Below, piece by piece: positions 1 to 8,297 of a DNA stretch of 64,000 nucleotides. Both the position numbers and the translations under genes were made by a program. The stretch covers positions 480,001 through 544,000 of the forward strand of contig CAVQEQ010000003.1 of NCBI GenBank assembly GCA_963711565.1. The letters are read 5' to 3'. The notes under the pieces were generated by a model, which searched no databases, was not told where the DNA came from, and worked only from the letters and a program-made list of their open reading frames with translations. Source of the DNA: an uncultured delta proteobacterium. GTDB lineage: Bacteria > Desulfobacterota > Binatia > Binatales > Binataceae. Position 1 is the first letter of the stretch, and each line of letters opens with the position of its first letter.

Positions 1-1116
1 CCCAACTCACACGCGTTCTGGAGCAACCCCTCGAATTGGACGACCAGCTTCGGGCCCGCCTACGCCGACATCACGCTCGCGTCGAGCAATTTCGTTCCGT
101 GCCGCGGCGGACCTTTCGCGCTCTGCTATTACTCGGGTCCCAGTTCCGGCGCCGAAGACCTGTCGTGCACTTTGACGCCCGACGGCAAATACGCCAACTG
201 CCAATGCTTCGACATTCCATACGGCGTGTACTTCGTCGATATCAACGCGATCCTCAATCACGACGTGTATGAAAAGACCGTCGCGCAATGCGGCGCCGAC
301 GGCAGTTTGTGCGCGACGCTCAACTCGGCGCCGGTGTGCGCCAACGTCAATAAGGGCAAACTGATTCCCGGGTCGAGCGTCTTCTCGACTTTCAGCTTCG
401 ATTGCGTGCCCGAGAACGGACTCGGGCTGACGAGTTGCGATCAACAACCCTACGCCGGATGCATGACAGCGCCGTGCTTCAAAACCGGTCAGGCGGGAAT
501 CGTCCAATGCTCTTGCCCGGTGTTCAACGGCCCTTATCAGGTCGGGCAGAACGATCAGGCGTGCACGCTCGGCGACAACCTCGTGTGGTCGGCCGCGTAT
601 GCTCCTCCGGCGGCGACGCCAACCGCCACGCCTGACGGCGCGGCCGCGAATCCGGATACGATGATGCGCGCGTCGGCGAATGCCGCAGTTCCAACTCCTC
701 CCTCATGCATTCCGGACGCGCCCGGCGGCATCGGATGCCCGCTGTACGATCCCGGCGTCACGATGATACCGCCCGACAGCGGCGTCGATTGCGCCAAGGT
801 CTGCGACGAGTACCACAGTTGCCTGCAACCGAAGGGCGCGCAGGCCGGCTTCACCTGCGACGCCACGCTATGCACCGACGAATGCAACGATCGCGACCTG
901 GTCAGCACCGCATGCAGCGGGCTCGCCGGATGCGACATCTCCGAAATCGTAAAAGTCGAAACCGCCGCTCGATGCAGCTGCTGCGCCAGCCAGCTATGCG
1001 AATGCGATCCGCGAGCTAAAACCAACAAAGCAATCTCCGCGCTGAATCAGCAGCAACGCGATCGCGGCATCACGCCTCAGTGCGACATCAACGGCACGCT
1101 GTGCGGCACGAACTAG
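1..1116 (+). CDS. Cysteine-rich, probably secreted hypothetical protein (5'-truncated by window edge)
   Basis: Frame of ORF 172..1116 stays open back to base 1 (PNSHAFWSNP...CRGGPFALCYYSG...). About 32 Cys in two blocks separated by a PAATPTATP linker. Confidence 0.8.
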   Translation, partial: PNSHAFWSNPSNWTTSFGPAYADITLASSNFVPCRGGPFALCYYSGPSSGAEDLSCTLTPDGKYANCQCFDIPYGVYFVDINAILNHDVYEKTVAQCGADGSLCATLNSAPVCANVNKGKLIPGSSVFSTFSFDCVPENGLGLTSCDQQPYAGCMTAPCFKTGQAGIVQCSCPVFNGPYQVGQNDQACTLGDNLVWSAAYAPPAATPTATPDGAAANPDTMMRASANAAVPTPPSCIPDAPGGIGCPLYDPGVTMIPPDSGVDCAKVCDEYHSCLQPKGAQAGFTCDATLCTDECNDRDLVSTACSGLAGCDISEIVKVETAARCSCCASQLCECDPRAKTNKAISALNQQQRDRGITPQCDINGTLCGTN

Positions 1117-1125
1117 GTGTTACGT

Positions 1126-2049
1126 TCAATCGAGTGGATCGTTCTCGACGCGGCCGCGCGTTAGAAACGCCGAGCCCATCGATGCGAACTTTCGCCCGCG
1201 CGCGCGGCGCAACTCCTGCGGCTTCAGCTTGACGAGACGCTCGAGGTGCCGGGCCAGCGCGGCGCCGATCAGATGCGCCGCTTCGGCCGGCGCGGTATGC
1301 GCTCCACCCGCGGGCTCCGGCACGATCTCGTCGATCAGTCCCAGCTCGAGCAAGTCGGGCGCCGACAGCTTCAGCGCCGAGGCCGCCGCCGCGACGTTCT
1401 CTTCGCCGCCCGCGCGCCACAGAATCGCCGCGCATCCTTCCGGCGTGATCACCGAGTAGCACGCGTTCTCCTGCATCAGCACGACGTTCGCCACGCCGAG
1501 CGCCAGCGCGCCGCCCGAGCCGCCTTCGCCGATCACGCACGCGACGATAGGCACGGTCAGCCGCGCCATCAGTTCGAGGTTGCGCGCGATCGCCTCGATC
1601 TGCCCGCGCTCTTCCGCGCCAACTCCTGACTCGCCACCTTGCGTATCGATCAGGGTGATAATCGGCAGCCCGAACCGCTCGGCCAGTTCGTAGATGCGCG
1701 CCGCCTTGCGATAACCCTCGGGCAGCGGCTTGCCGAAATTGCGCTTGATTCGTTCGGCAGTCGAGCGACCCCGCTGATGGCCGACGACCGCGACAGCGCG
1801 ATGGCCAAAATAGGCAAGGCCCGCCACGATCGCGCCGTCGTCGGCAAAGCGCCGGTCGCCGTGGATCTCGATGAAGTCGCGCATCAGCAAGTCGATGTAA
1901 TCAATCGTCTGCGGGCGATTAGCATGCCGCGCGAGCCGCACGCGCTCGATCGCGCTGCGCGGCTCCGGCGCGGTGCCCTCAACCGTCGCGACGCCATTGC
2001 CACGATTCTTCGCGCCGCGCGCCTTATGTCCGTTGGAATTGTTTTTCAA
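1126..2049 (-). CDS. accA: Acetyl-CoA carboxylase carboxyltransferase subunit alpha
   Basis: Motifs ARHANRP, HGDRRFADD, PEGYRKA, GAEERGQ, GEGGSGGALA, YSVITPEGCAAILW. Confidence 0.93.
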   Translation of the reverse strand: MKNNSNGHKARGAKNRGNGVATVEGTAPEPRSAIERVRLARHANRPQTIDYIDLLMRDFIEIHGDRRFADDGAIVAGLAYFGHRAVAVVGHQRGRSTAERIKRNFGKPLPEGYRKAARIYELAERFGLPIITLIDTQGGESGVGAEERGQIEAIARNLELMARLTVPIVACVIGEGGSGGALALGVANVVLMQENACYSVITPEGCAAILWRAGGEENVAAAASALKLSAPDLLELGLIDEIVPEPAGGAHTAPAEAAHLIGAALARHLERLVKLKPQELRRARGRKFASMGSAFLTRGRVENDPLD

Positions 2050-3017
2050 TTTTGTCTGCGCCTGAAAAATTTCTCGAACAACGCGAGAGCATCCTGAACG
2101 CCGCGCTCCGGGTCAAGCCACACGATCTCGGGCTCGCGGCGAAACCATGTGAGTTGGCGCTTAGCGAGCCGCCGCGATTCCTGCTTCGCCAGAGCCACCG
2201 CGTCGGCCAGCGCAAGCTCGCCGCGCAGATGAGCCGCCATCTGCTTGTACCCAATCGTACTCAGCGGCGGCTTGTCGGGCGAGTATCCGGCCTCGACCAG
2301 CGCCCGCACTTCTTCGACCAGTCCGGCCGCGACCATCGCATCGAAGCGCGTGTCGATCGCGTCGTAGAGCTTTTTCCGCTCGACTTCGACCCCGACCGTG
2401 AAAGTGTCGTAGCCGATGTCGGCGAAACGATGCCTTTGCTGATGCGCGGTGATCGTTTCGCCGGTCAGCTCGAAAACTTCGATAGCGCGTGCGATGCGGT
2501 AAAGGTCGTTGACGCCGATTCGATTCGCCGACTCGGGATCGATCTCGCGCAACCGCTGATGGAGATGCGCGACGCCCTGTTCCGCCGCGATCTTCGCCAG
2601 TCGGTAGCGAATTTCCATCGACGCGGCTGGTCCGCGAAAAATCCCGCCCCGGATCACGCGCAGATAGAGCCCGCTGCCGCCGACCACGAGAGGATTTCGC
2701 CCGCGCGCGGCGATCTCGTCGATCGCGGCGCGTGCAAGCTGCGCGAACTCCGCCACGTCAAGCGACTCGTCGGGGTCGCGCACATCTATAAGATGATGCG
2801 GCACGCGCGCCCGATCCTCGGCCGACGGCTTCGCCGTGCCGAGATCCATCCCGCGGTAGAACTGCCGCGAGTCGGCGTTGACTATCTCGCAGTTCAAGCG
2901 CTCCGTCACCGCCATCGCGAGCGCCGACTTGCCCGCACCTGTCGGCCCGACAATAAAGCCGACCGCGATCCTGGCCGGTCCTACCGACGCGTCAATCTGG
3001 GCCACTGAAAAACTCAT
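2046..3017 (-). CDS. miaA: tRNA dimethylallyltransferase
   Basis: GPTGAGKS P-loop, DSRQFYRGMDLGTAKP, VGGSGLY, AKRQLTWFR. Start placed at ATG 3017, which overlaps the mutL stop (ATGA). Confidence 0.95.
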   Translation of the reverse strand: MSFSVAQIDASVGPARIAVGFIVGPTGAGKSALAMAVTERLNCEIVNADSRQFYRGMDLGTAKPSAEDRARVPHHLIDVRDPDESLDVAEFAQLARAAIDEIAARGRNPLVVGGSGLYLRVIRGGIFRGPAASMEIRYRLAKIAAEQGVAHLHQRLREIDPESANRIGVNDLYRIARAIEVFELTGETITAHQQRHRFADIGYDTFTVGVEVERKKLYDAIDTRFDAMVAAGLVEEVRALVEAGYSPDKPPLSTIGYKQMAAHLRGELALADAVALAKQESRRLAKRQLTWFRREPEIVWLDPERGVQDALALFEKFFRRRQN

Positions 3018-4831
3018 CGCCGAAACATTCGCTCGATTTGCCCGCGTCCAAACTGAATATGCACCGGGCGTCCGTGCGGGCAGTTGGTCTTGAACTCGGT
3101 GCGATCGAGTTCCGCTAGCAGCGAATGGATCTCCGCGAGCTCGAGCACGCGCCCGACCCGAACCGAACCGTGACACGCGAGCTGCTTCAGCCAGTTCTCG
3201 AACGCGGCCTCGCCGCCGCCGCGGAAGCCCGCATCGCCCATGCTCTCGATCATATCGCCGAGCAGCTTCGCGCCGCCTTCCGGCCCGAACACGGCGGGCG
3301 CGCCCTTGAGCAGCAGCGTCGTCGGGCCGAACGGCTCGACCTCGAAGCCCATCGCGCGTATTTCAGTGAGCGCGGCATGGACCATGCTCGCGCGTGCGGG
3401 GTTCAGCTCGAGCGAGACCGGCGCGAGCATCGCCTGCGTGCGAATTCCGCCGTCGCGGAGTTCGCGGCGCAGCTTCTCGAACGTGACGCGCTCATGCGCC
3501 GCGTGCTGATCGATAAGGAGCAGCCCCTCCTCGGTCTCGAGCGCAATGTATCCGGCGAAGATTTGTCCGATCACCCGGAGGCTGGAATACATCGGAATTG
3601 GTGCCGCGGGGATCGGCGTCGCTGACGCACTCGGACCGCTGCGAGCGTCGCGATCGTACGCCAGAGTGAGCGGACGCTGAAACGCCGCATGACTCGGAGC
3701 GTCGGGCACGAGCCTCAGCGGCGCCTCGCTTCGCGGGCTTGGCATGCTGTCCTCGCTGCGCGAGGACATCGTAATCAGTCCCATCGCGGCGTCGTCGGTG
3801 GATGGAGCCGGTGCCGCTTCGGTCGCCGCGCCTTCCGTTTGATCCGCCAAGCGGTCGCGAATCGCGTGATAGACGACGTCGAAGACCGCGCCGCCGTTGC
3901 GAAAGCGGACCTCGGTCTTCATCGGATGCACATTGACGTCAACATCTTCGGGTCGCATATCGACGAACAGCACCGTCGCCGGATGCCGTCCCCGCGGGAT
4001 CAGCGTCTGGTAGGCCTGCTCGGTTGCTCGAATCAGCATCCGGTCGCGCACCGAGCGGCCGTTGACGAAGGTGAAGATCATCCTGCCGGTCGGGAACGAC
4101 TCCTGGCTCGATGCGGCCAGACCCTGCGCGCGAATGCCGGGGCGGCCGAGGTCGAACGCGAGCATCTTCGATGCGATCTTCGGACCGAACACCTGGCGGA
4201 ATCGTTCGAGCACCGAGTTGGCGCGCGGCAAATCGAAAATGGTGCGGCCGTCGGCGGTCAGGCGGAACGCTATGTGATGATTGGCGAGCGCGACTCGCTG
4301 GAACGATTCCGCGATAGCGCCCTGCTCGGTCGCGAGCGTCTTCAGGAACTTGAGCCGGGCCGGGGTGTTGAAAAAGAGCTGGCGGACTTCGATTCGCGTG
4401 CCGGCCGCAATCGCACATGTACGAGTATCCTCGATGTCGCCGGCTTCGGCGGCGACCTCGACGCCATGCTCGTCGGTCGCGCGGCGGGTTTGCATCCGAA
4501 GATGAGACACGCTCGCGATCGAGGCGAGCGCCTCGCCGCGAAAGCCGAGCGAGCGAATCGCGGCCAGGTCGGCGGCGCTACGAATCTTCGAAGTCGCGTG
4601 ACGACGGAGCGAAAGGATCGCGTCGGCGCGCGTCATGCCGCAGCCGTCGTCGGCGACCGCGATCAGGGCCGAGCCGCCGCCGAGAATCTCGACGCTCACC
4701 GAGCGCGCGCCCGCGTCGAGCGAGTTCTCGACCAGCTCCTTGACGGCGGAGGCCGGCCGCTCGACGACTTCGCCCGCCGCGATCTGGCTGGCGACTTGCT
4801 CGGGTAATATGTGGACTATGTGGTCGGACAT
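3014..4831 (-). CDS. mutL: DNA mismatch repair endonuclease MutL
   Basis: IAAGEVVERPASAVKELVENSLDAGA, GFRGEALASI, DVNVHPMKTEVRF; C-terminal endonuclease motifs DQHAAHER, ACH and CPHGRP. Classic mutL-miaA synteny. Confidence 0.97.
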   Translation of the reverse strand: MSDHIVHILPEQVASQIAAGEVVERPASAVKELVENSLDAGARSVSVEILGGGSALIAVADDGCGMTRADAILSLRRHATSKIRSAADLAAIRSLGFRGEALASIASVSHLRMQTRRATDEHGVEVAAEAGDIEDTRTCAIAAGTRIEVRQLFFNTPARLKFLKTLATEQGAIAESFQRVALANHHIAFRLTADGRTIFDLPRANSVLERFRQVFGPKIASKMLAFDLGRPGIRAQGLAASSQESFPTGRMIFTFVNGRSVRDRMLIRATEQAYQTLIPRGRHPATVLFVDMRPEDVDVNVHPMKTEVRFRNGGAVFDVVYHAIRDRLADQTEGAATEAAPAPSTDDAAMGLITMSSRSEDSMPSPRSEAPLRLVPDAPSHAAFQRPLTLAYDRDARSGPSASATPIPAAPIPMYSSLRVIGQIFAGYIALETEEGLLLIDQHAAHERVTFEKLRRELRDGGIRTQAMLAPVSLELNPARASMVHAALTEIRAMGFEVEPFGPTTLLLKGAPAVFGPEGGAKLLGDMIESMGDAGFRGGGEAAFENWLKQLACHGSVRVGRVLELAEIHSLLAELDRTEFKTNCPHGRPVHIQFGRGQIERMFRR

Positions 4832-5008
4832 TTTGGCCGGACGACTTAACTGGACATTCTAGCTTTCGGACTGGATAACTGGATACTCAAGCAAGTCACG
4901 GGGGCGGCGTCAAAAGCGGGGGAAGAGTTTGCGCAGGTTGAAGATCGCTGCGGCTTTTGAAAAGCTTTCGGCGCAGCGAATTCGCTTTTTCACTGCATCA
5001 CGCCAACG

Positions 5009-6244
5009 ATGAAAAAAATTACGGTAATGCTGCTCGGCGCGGCAATTCTAGTGACCGCGGCCGCGACGGGGGCGTATGCGGATCAGATCAAAATCGGGGT
5101 CGGTGTGATCGGACCGATCTCGCCGCAGACCGAGGCCGATATCGACACAATCGTCGGCAAGCTGCCGAATGTGAAGGTGGTGCCGATTCAGCCGCCGGGG
5201 GGTGTCGATGCGTGCGTCAAGCGATTTGTCGCCGGCGACCCGGACGATCGGCTCGACGCGGTGATGGTCGTGAGCCTGCCGACCGAGTCGTTTCAGTCGG
5301 TGCGCGATTCGAACGAGGCGCGCTTCACCGGCGCATACGAGATCTGGACGCTGAATCTATCGACCCTGGCCGAGGACAGGCATCGCTTCACCTTTAACGA
5401 CAGCGAGCCGGTGATTGGCGGCGTAGCCGCATTCCTGGCGCTGCCGGCGCAGGCGTTTGCCGAGCGCGCGACCGGCAAGAAACTTATCTCGAGCGATCAA
5501 TGGCAGGCGTTCGAGGCGGTGCAGACGCGGGTCGAGGCGAAACTGGTCGCGGCGACCAAGCTGTATCTCGCGACCGCGTCGATCCGCGACACCGGTCCGC
5601 TCCAGCCGCTCGACACGGCGAAAGCGCTGCTCGATCGCGGCGACGGCGAGGACGCGATGGCGGTGTTCAAGTCGGCGGGAATCAACAATCCCGAGGTGCA
5701 GCGGATGATCGCGGATGCTCAGGGACAGTTGCAGCGCAGTGCGGCGAACGCGCTGCTGGGACGCACGCTCGGCGCGATGGCGGGCGGGAATGCCGGCGCG
5801 GCGCGCGTGATCCTGGCCGACTACGAGAAGGCGCCGTCGGCCGAGAGTTCGCGCGCGGATTCGATTAGGCGGGTGCTGGCGTACGTGCCCGACCGTCGCA
5901 CCGAATCCGCCTATGACGGCGTTATGAAGAGCGACGTGCCCGCGCTCGACCATCAGGCGTTCGTCGCGATGATCAAGCAGCTCTTCAGCGAGGAGACGGG
6001 ATCGTCACCCAACGAGGTGATCGTCGCCGCGAAGGACATAACGATCGAGGACAAGGACGCGCCGCAAGGGCTCAAGGTGCAACTCGACAGCTATGCGGGC
6101 GCACTCGGGCGGAGCGCGTGGCTGATGAGCCTCAAGTGCGGATGCGACGCGGGCGCCGTGCTCGAGGGAGAAGCGGTCGGCGAGGCGCTGCTGAAGGCGA
6201 AGTATTCACCCTCTTTCACGCGGCCGCAGGTCGGGCTACCCTAG
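5009..6244 (+). CDS. Secreted hypothetical protein
   Basis: 411-aa ORF with N-terminal signal peptide (MKKITVMLLGAAILVTAAATGAYA) and GC-rich third codon positions; no recognisable family. Confidence 0.8.
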   Translation: MKKITVMLLGAAILVTAAATGAYADQIKIGVGVIGPISPQTEADIDTIVGKLPNVKVVPIQPPGGVDACVKRFVAGDPDDRLDAVMVVSLPTESFQSVRDSNEARFTGAYEIWTLNLSTLAEDRHRFTFNDSEPVIGGVAAFLALPAQAFAERATGKKLISSDQWQAFEAVQTRVEAKLVAATKLYLATASIRDTGPLQPLDTAKALLDRGDGEDAMAVFKSAGINNPEVQRMIADAQGQLQRSAANALLGRTLGAMAGGNAGAARVILADYEKAPSAESSRADSIRRVLAYVPDRRTESAYDGVMKSDVPALDHQAFVAMIKQLFSEETGSSPNEVIVAAKDITIEDKDAPQGLKVQLDSYAGALGRSAWLMSLKCGCDAGAVLEGEAVGEALLKAKYSPSFTRPQVGLP

Positions 6245-6274
6245 CGGGATTAACCAGGTTCGAACGGAAGACCC

Positions 6275-6463
6275 ATGAGACATTGCGCATACTGCAAGAA
6301 GCATCCGTCAGTCGGCAACAACGTCAGCCATGCCAACAACAAGACCAAGCGGCGCTGGAATCCCAACCTGCAGGAAGTGCGCGCGGAGATAAACGGCAAC
6401 GTGCGGCGAATCCTCGTCTGCACCCGCTGTATCCGCGCGGGCAAGGTCAAGAAAAGCGCGTAG
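6275..6463 (+). CDS. rpmB: 50S ribosomal protein L28 (zinc-ribbon, C+ type)
   Basis: [20 protein letters not shown] signature, with CAYC and CTRC pairs. Confidence 0.96.
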   Translation: MRHCAYCKKHPSVGNNVSHANNKTKRRWNPNLQEVRAEINGNVRRILVCTRCIRAGKVKKSA

Positions 6464-6470
6464 AATAATC

Positions 6471-6594
6471 ACCTCTCCCCTACTCGGGAGAGGTTGACGT
6501 GAGTCTGCGAGCGTCGGGTGAGGGCGCGAGCATCGAGCGCAATGCTGGCGCCCTCACCCGCGCCGGAGGCGCGACCTCTCCCGGCGGGAGAGGT
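6471..6594. repeat. Compound palindromic intergenic element (CCTCTCCC/GGGAGAGG and GGGTGAGGG/CCCTCACCC arms)
   Basis: ACCTCTCCC-N6-GGGAGAGGT ... GGGTGAGGGCGC ... GCGCCCTCACCC ... ACCTCTCCC-N3-GGGAGAGGT fills the gap between convergent rpmB and the ArsC-family gene. A half copy lies at 56192-56227. Confidence 0.85.
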
Positions 6595-6595
6595 A

Positions 6596-6946
6596 TCAGA
6601 ACAAAGCTTCGAGCTTCTCCGGCGGACGCGCGATGATCGCGCGCTTGCCGCGAATCACAACCGGGCGCTGCATCAGCTCGGGATGAGCGAGCAAAAGCGC
6701 GACGACCGATTTCCTGTCGGCATAGTCGGCGGGATTCAGGCCGAGCTCCTTGAAGCGCTTGTCCTTGCGGACTAGGTCGGCGACGGGACCGTCGAGGATG
6801 TCGATGATTTTGCCGAGCGCCTCGCGAGTCGGATGATCCTTAAGATATTCGATGATGTCGAAGTCGGCGTTGCGCCGGCGGAGTATCTCGAGCGCGCCGC
6901 GCGAGTTACCGCATGCGGGATTGTGATACAGAGTTATGCGTTCCAT
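6596..6946 (-). CDS. arsC: ArsC/Spx-family reductase (glutaredoxin-dependent arsenate reductase-like)
   Basis: YHNPACGNSR active-site loop; HPELMQRPVV and ARPPE motifs. Confidence 0.85.
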   Translation of the reverse strand: MERITLYHNPACGNSRGALEILRRRNADFDIIEYLKDHPTREALGKIIDILDGPVADLVRKDKRFKELGLNPADYADRKSVVALLLAHPELMQRPVVIRGKRAIIARPPEKLEALF

Positions 6947-7057
6947 CGGGTCCTCGCCGGGATTTTTTGGAGAGCATAGGCGATGCGCGGGCTTTGATGG
7001 AAATGCCGTCAGCGGCTACAATTCACCCGTCGCGAACCTTATTGCCACGGAGTTGTC

Positions 7058-7660
7058 GTGAAGAACATTTCCAATCGAACGTCGGGACTCAATCTTCATT
7101 TCGCAGCAGTTGTTCTAGCGATAGCAGTCGTTGCGGGCCTGGCTGCAGGAGCGCGGATTGCGCGCGCAGCGAACGTAAGCGGGATAATGTCGTATCGCGA
7201 CGGCCGGGCCGCGGATAAACGCCAGCTTCATTATGAGAATCGCGTGACCAACGACATTTTCGTCGCGCCGACCAAGCCCGATGGCTCGTTCACGGCTGAC
7301 CTGCCGCCGGGAGTTTACGATCTGCGCGCCGAACGCGGAGTCGTCCTTGCCCGCAAGATTCGCGTCGATAGCAGCAACGTCAACATCGGGCACGTGGTCG
7401 AGCCTGCGCCGCTGGATGTACGACGCTTGTTCGAGCATCAAACTGTGGCAGAAGCGCTCGTCGAAAGTCCCGCGCCTGCGACGGCGAACGTGACGTCAGG
7501 ACGCCCGCTCGAGGCCATGAAATATGGGCATGAGGCGATTGCTCCGTTCGGTGCACCGGTCGGTACGCCCGCGCCGGAGTCAACTCCGCTTGGCGAAGCA
7601 ACGCCGGTAGCAGCCGCGTCGCCGGGCGCGACAGAGTCGCCAGGGATGGGCGGCTACTGA
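7058..7660 (+). CDS. Secreted protein with carboxypeptidase-regulatory-like (Cna-B type) domain and Pro/Thr/Ala-rich tail
   Basis: N-terminal hydrophobic segment; TKPDGSFTADLPPGVYDLRAE motif; low-complexity C-terminus. Confidence 0.7.
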   Translation: MKNISNRTSGLNLHFAAVVLAIAVVAGLAAGARIARAANVSGIMSYRDGRAADKRQLHYENRVTNDIFVAPTKPDGSFTADLPPGVYDLRAERGVVLARKIRVDSSNVNIGHVVEPAPLDVRRLFEHQTVAEALVESPAPATANVTSGRPLEAMKYGHEAIAPFGAPVGTPAPESTPLGEATPVAAASPGATESPGMGGY

Positions 7661-7798
7661 GGTCCATGAGGCGCGAGAGAGATTCTCCGCTGCGCTCAGG
7701 ACCACAAGAGAAAGAGCAGTGCCGGCATTTCTGGTGCGACCGTAGAACCCTCACCTACCGGCCGCTATGCAGCCGGCCGCCTCGAGGTAGGAATCGGA

Positions 7799-8188
7799 TC
7801 AGGTAGCCGAGCGCTCGACGAACTCGAGGCGGTTGCCCCAGGGGTCGCGGACGAAGAAGCGTTCCTGACCGGGGAATCGGTTGCCGGGGATTATTACTAT
7901 GCCGGCGGTTTCAAGGCGATTGCGCAGTGCTTCGAGGTTGGCAACGCGGAAGGCGGGATGCCGACGCGATTTACTGTTGACCGCCGATGCGTCCTTCTCC
8001 GTGGTCAGATGCAGTTGCTGGACGCCGCATTGGTACCATGCGCCCGGGTTTCCGCTGTCGGTGTTGGCGGGACGCTCGAGCGGCTCAAGGCCGAGCAGTT
8101 CCTGGTAGAATGCGCGCGCCCGCGCGAGCGCGTCGTCGCCGGCGTCGATGAGAAGGTTTACGTGATCGAGTCCGATAATATGGCTCAT
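7799..8188 (-). CDS. VOC/glyoxalase family protein
   Basis: LDHVNL, FYQELLGL, HPAFRV, FVRDPWGNRLEF. Start placed at ATG 8188 with a GGAG SD. Confidence 0.9.
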   Translation of the reverse strand: MSHIIGLDHVNLLIDAGDDALARARAFYQELLGLEPLERPANTDSGNPGAWYQCGVQQLHLTTEKDASAVNSKSRRHPAFRVANLEALRNRLETAGIVIIPGNRFPGQERFFVRDPWGNRLEFVERSAT

Positions 8189-8297
8189 CGGTAGTCTCCC
8201 TGGCGCTCTCTTTGTCGATTCGATTTTTTTCCCGCGAGCGAGCCGAGTCAATCGCCTTAAGCGCTCGTGGCGCGCGTGGTATATCGTTGCCACGCTC

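Noticed and set aside
7680-7790. Fragmentary palindromic-repeat-like sequence (AGATTCTCCGCTGCGCTCAGGA; CCCTCACC) between convergent genes
   Set aside because: Single degenerate half-elements with no partner arm in the window; cannot be supported as a feature.
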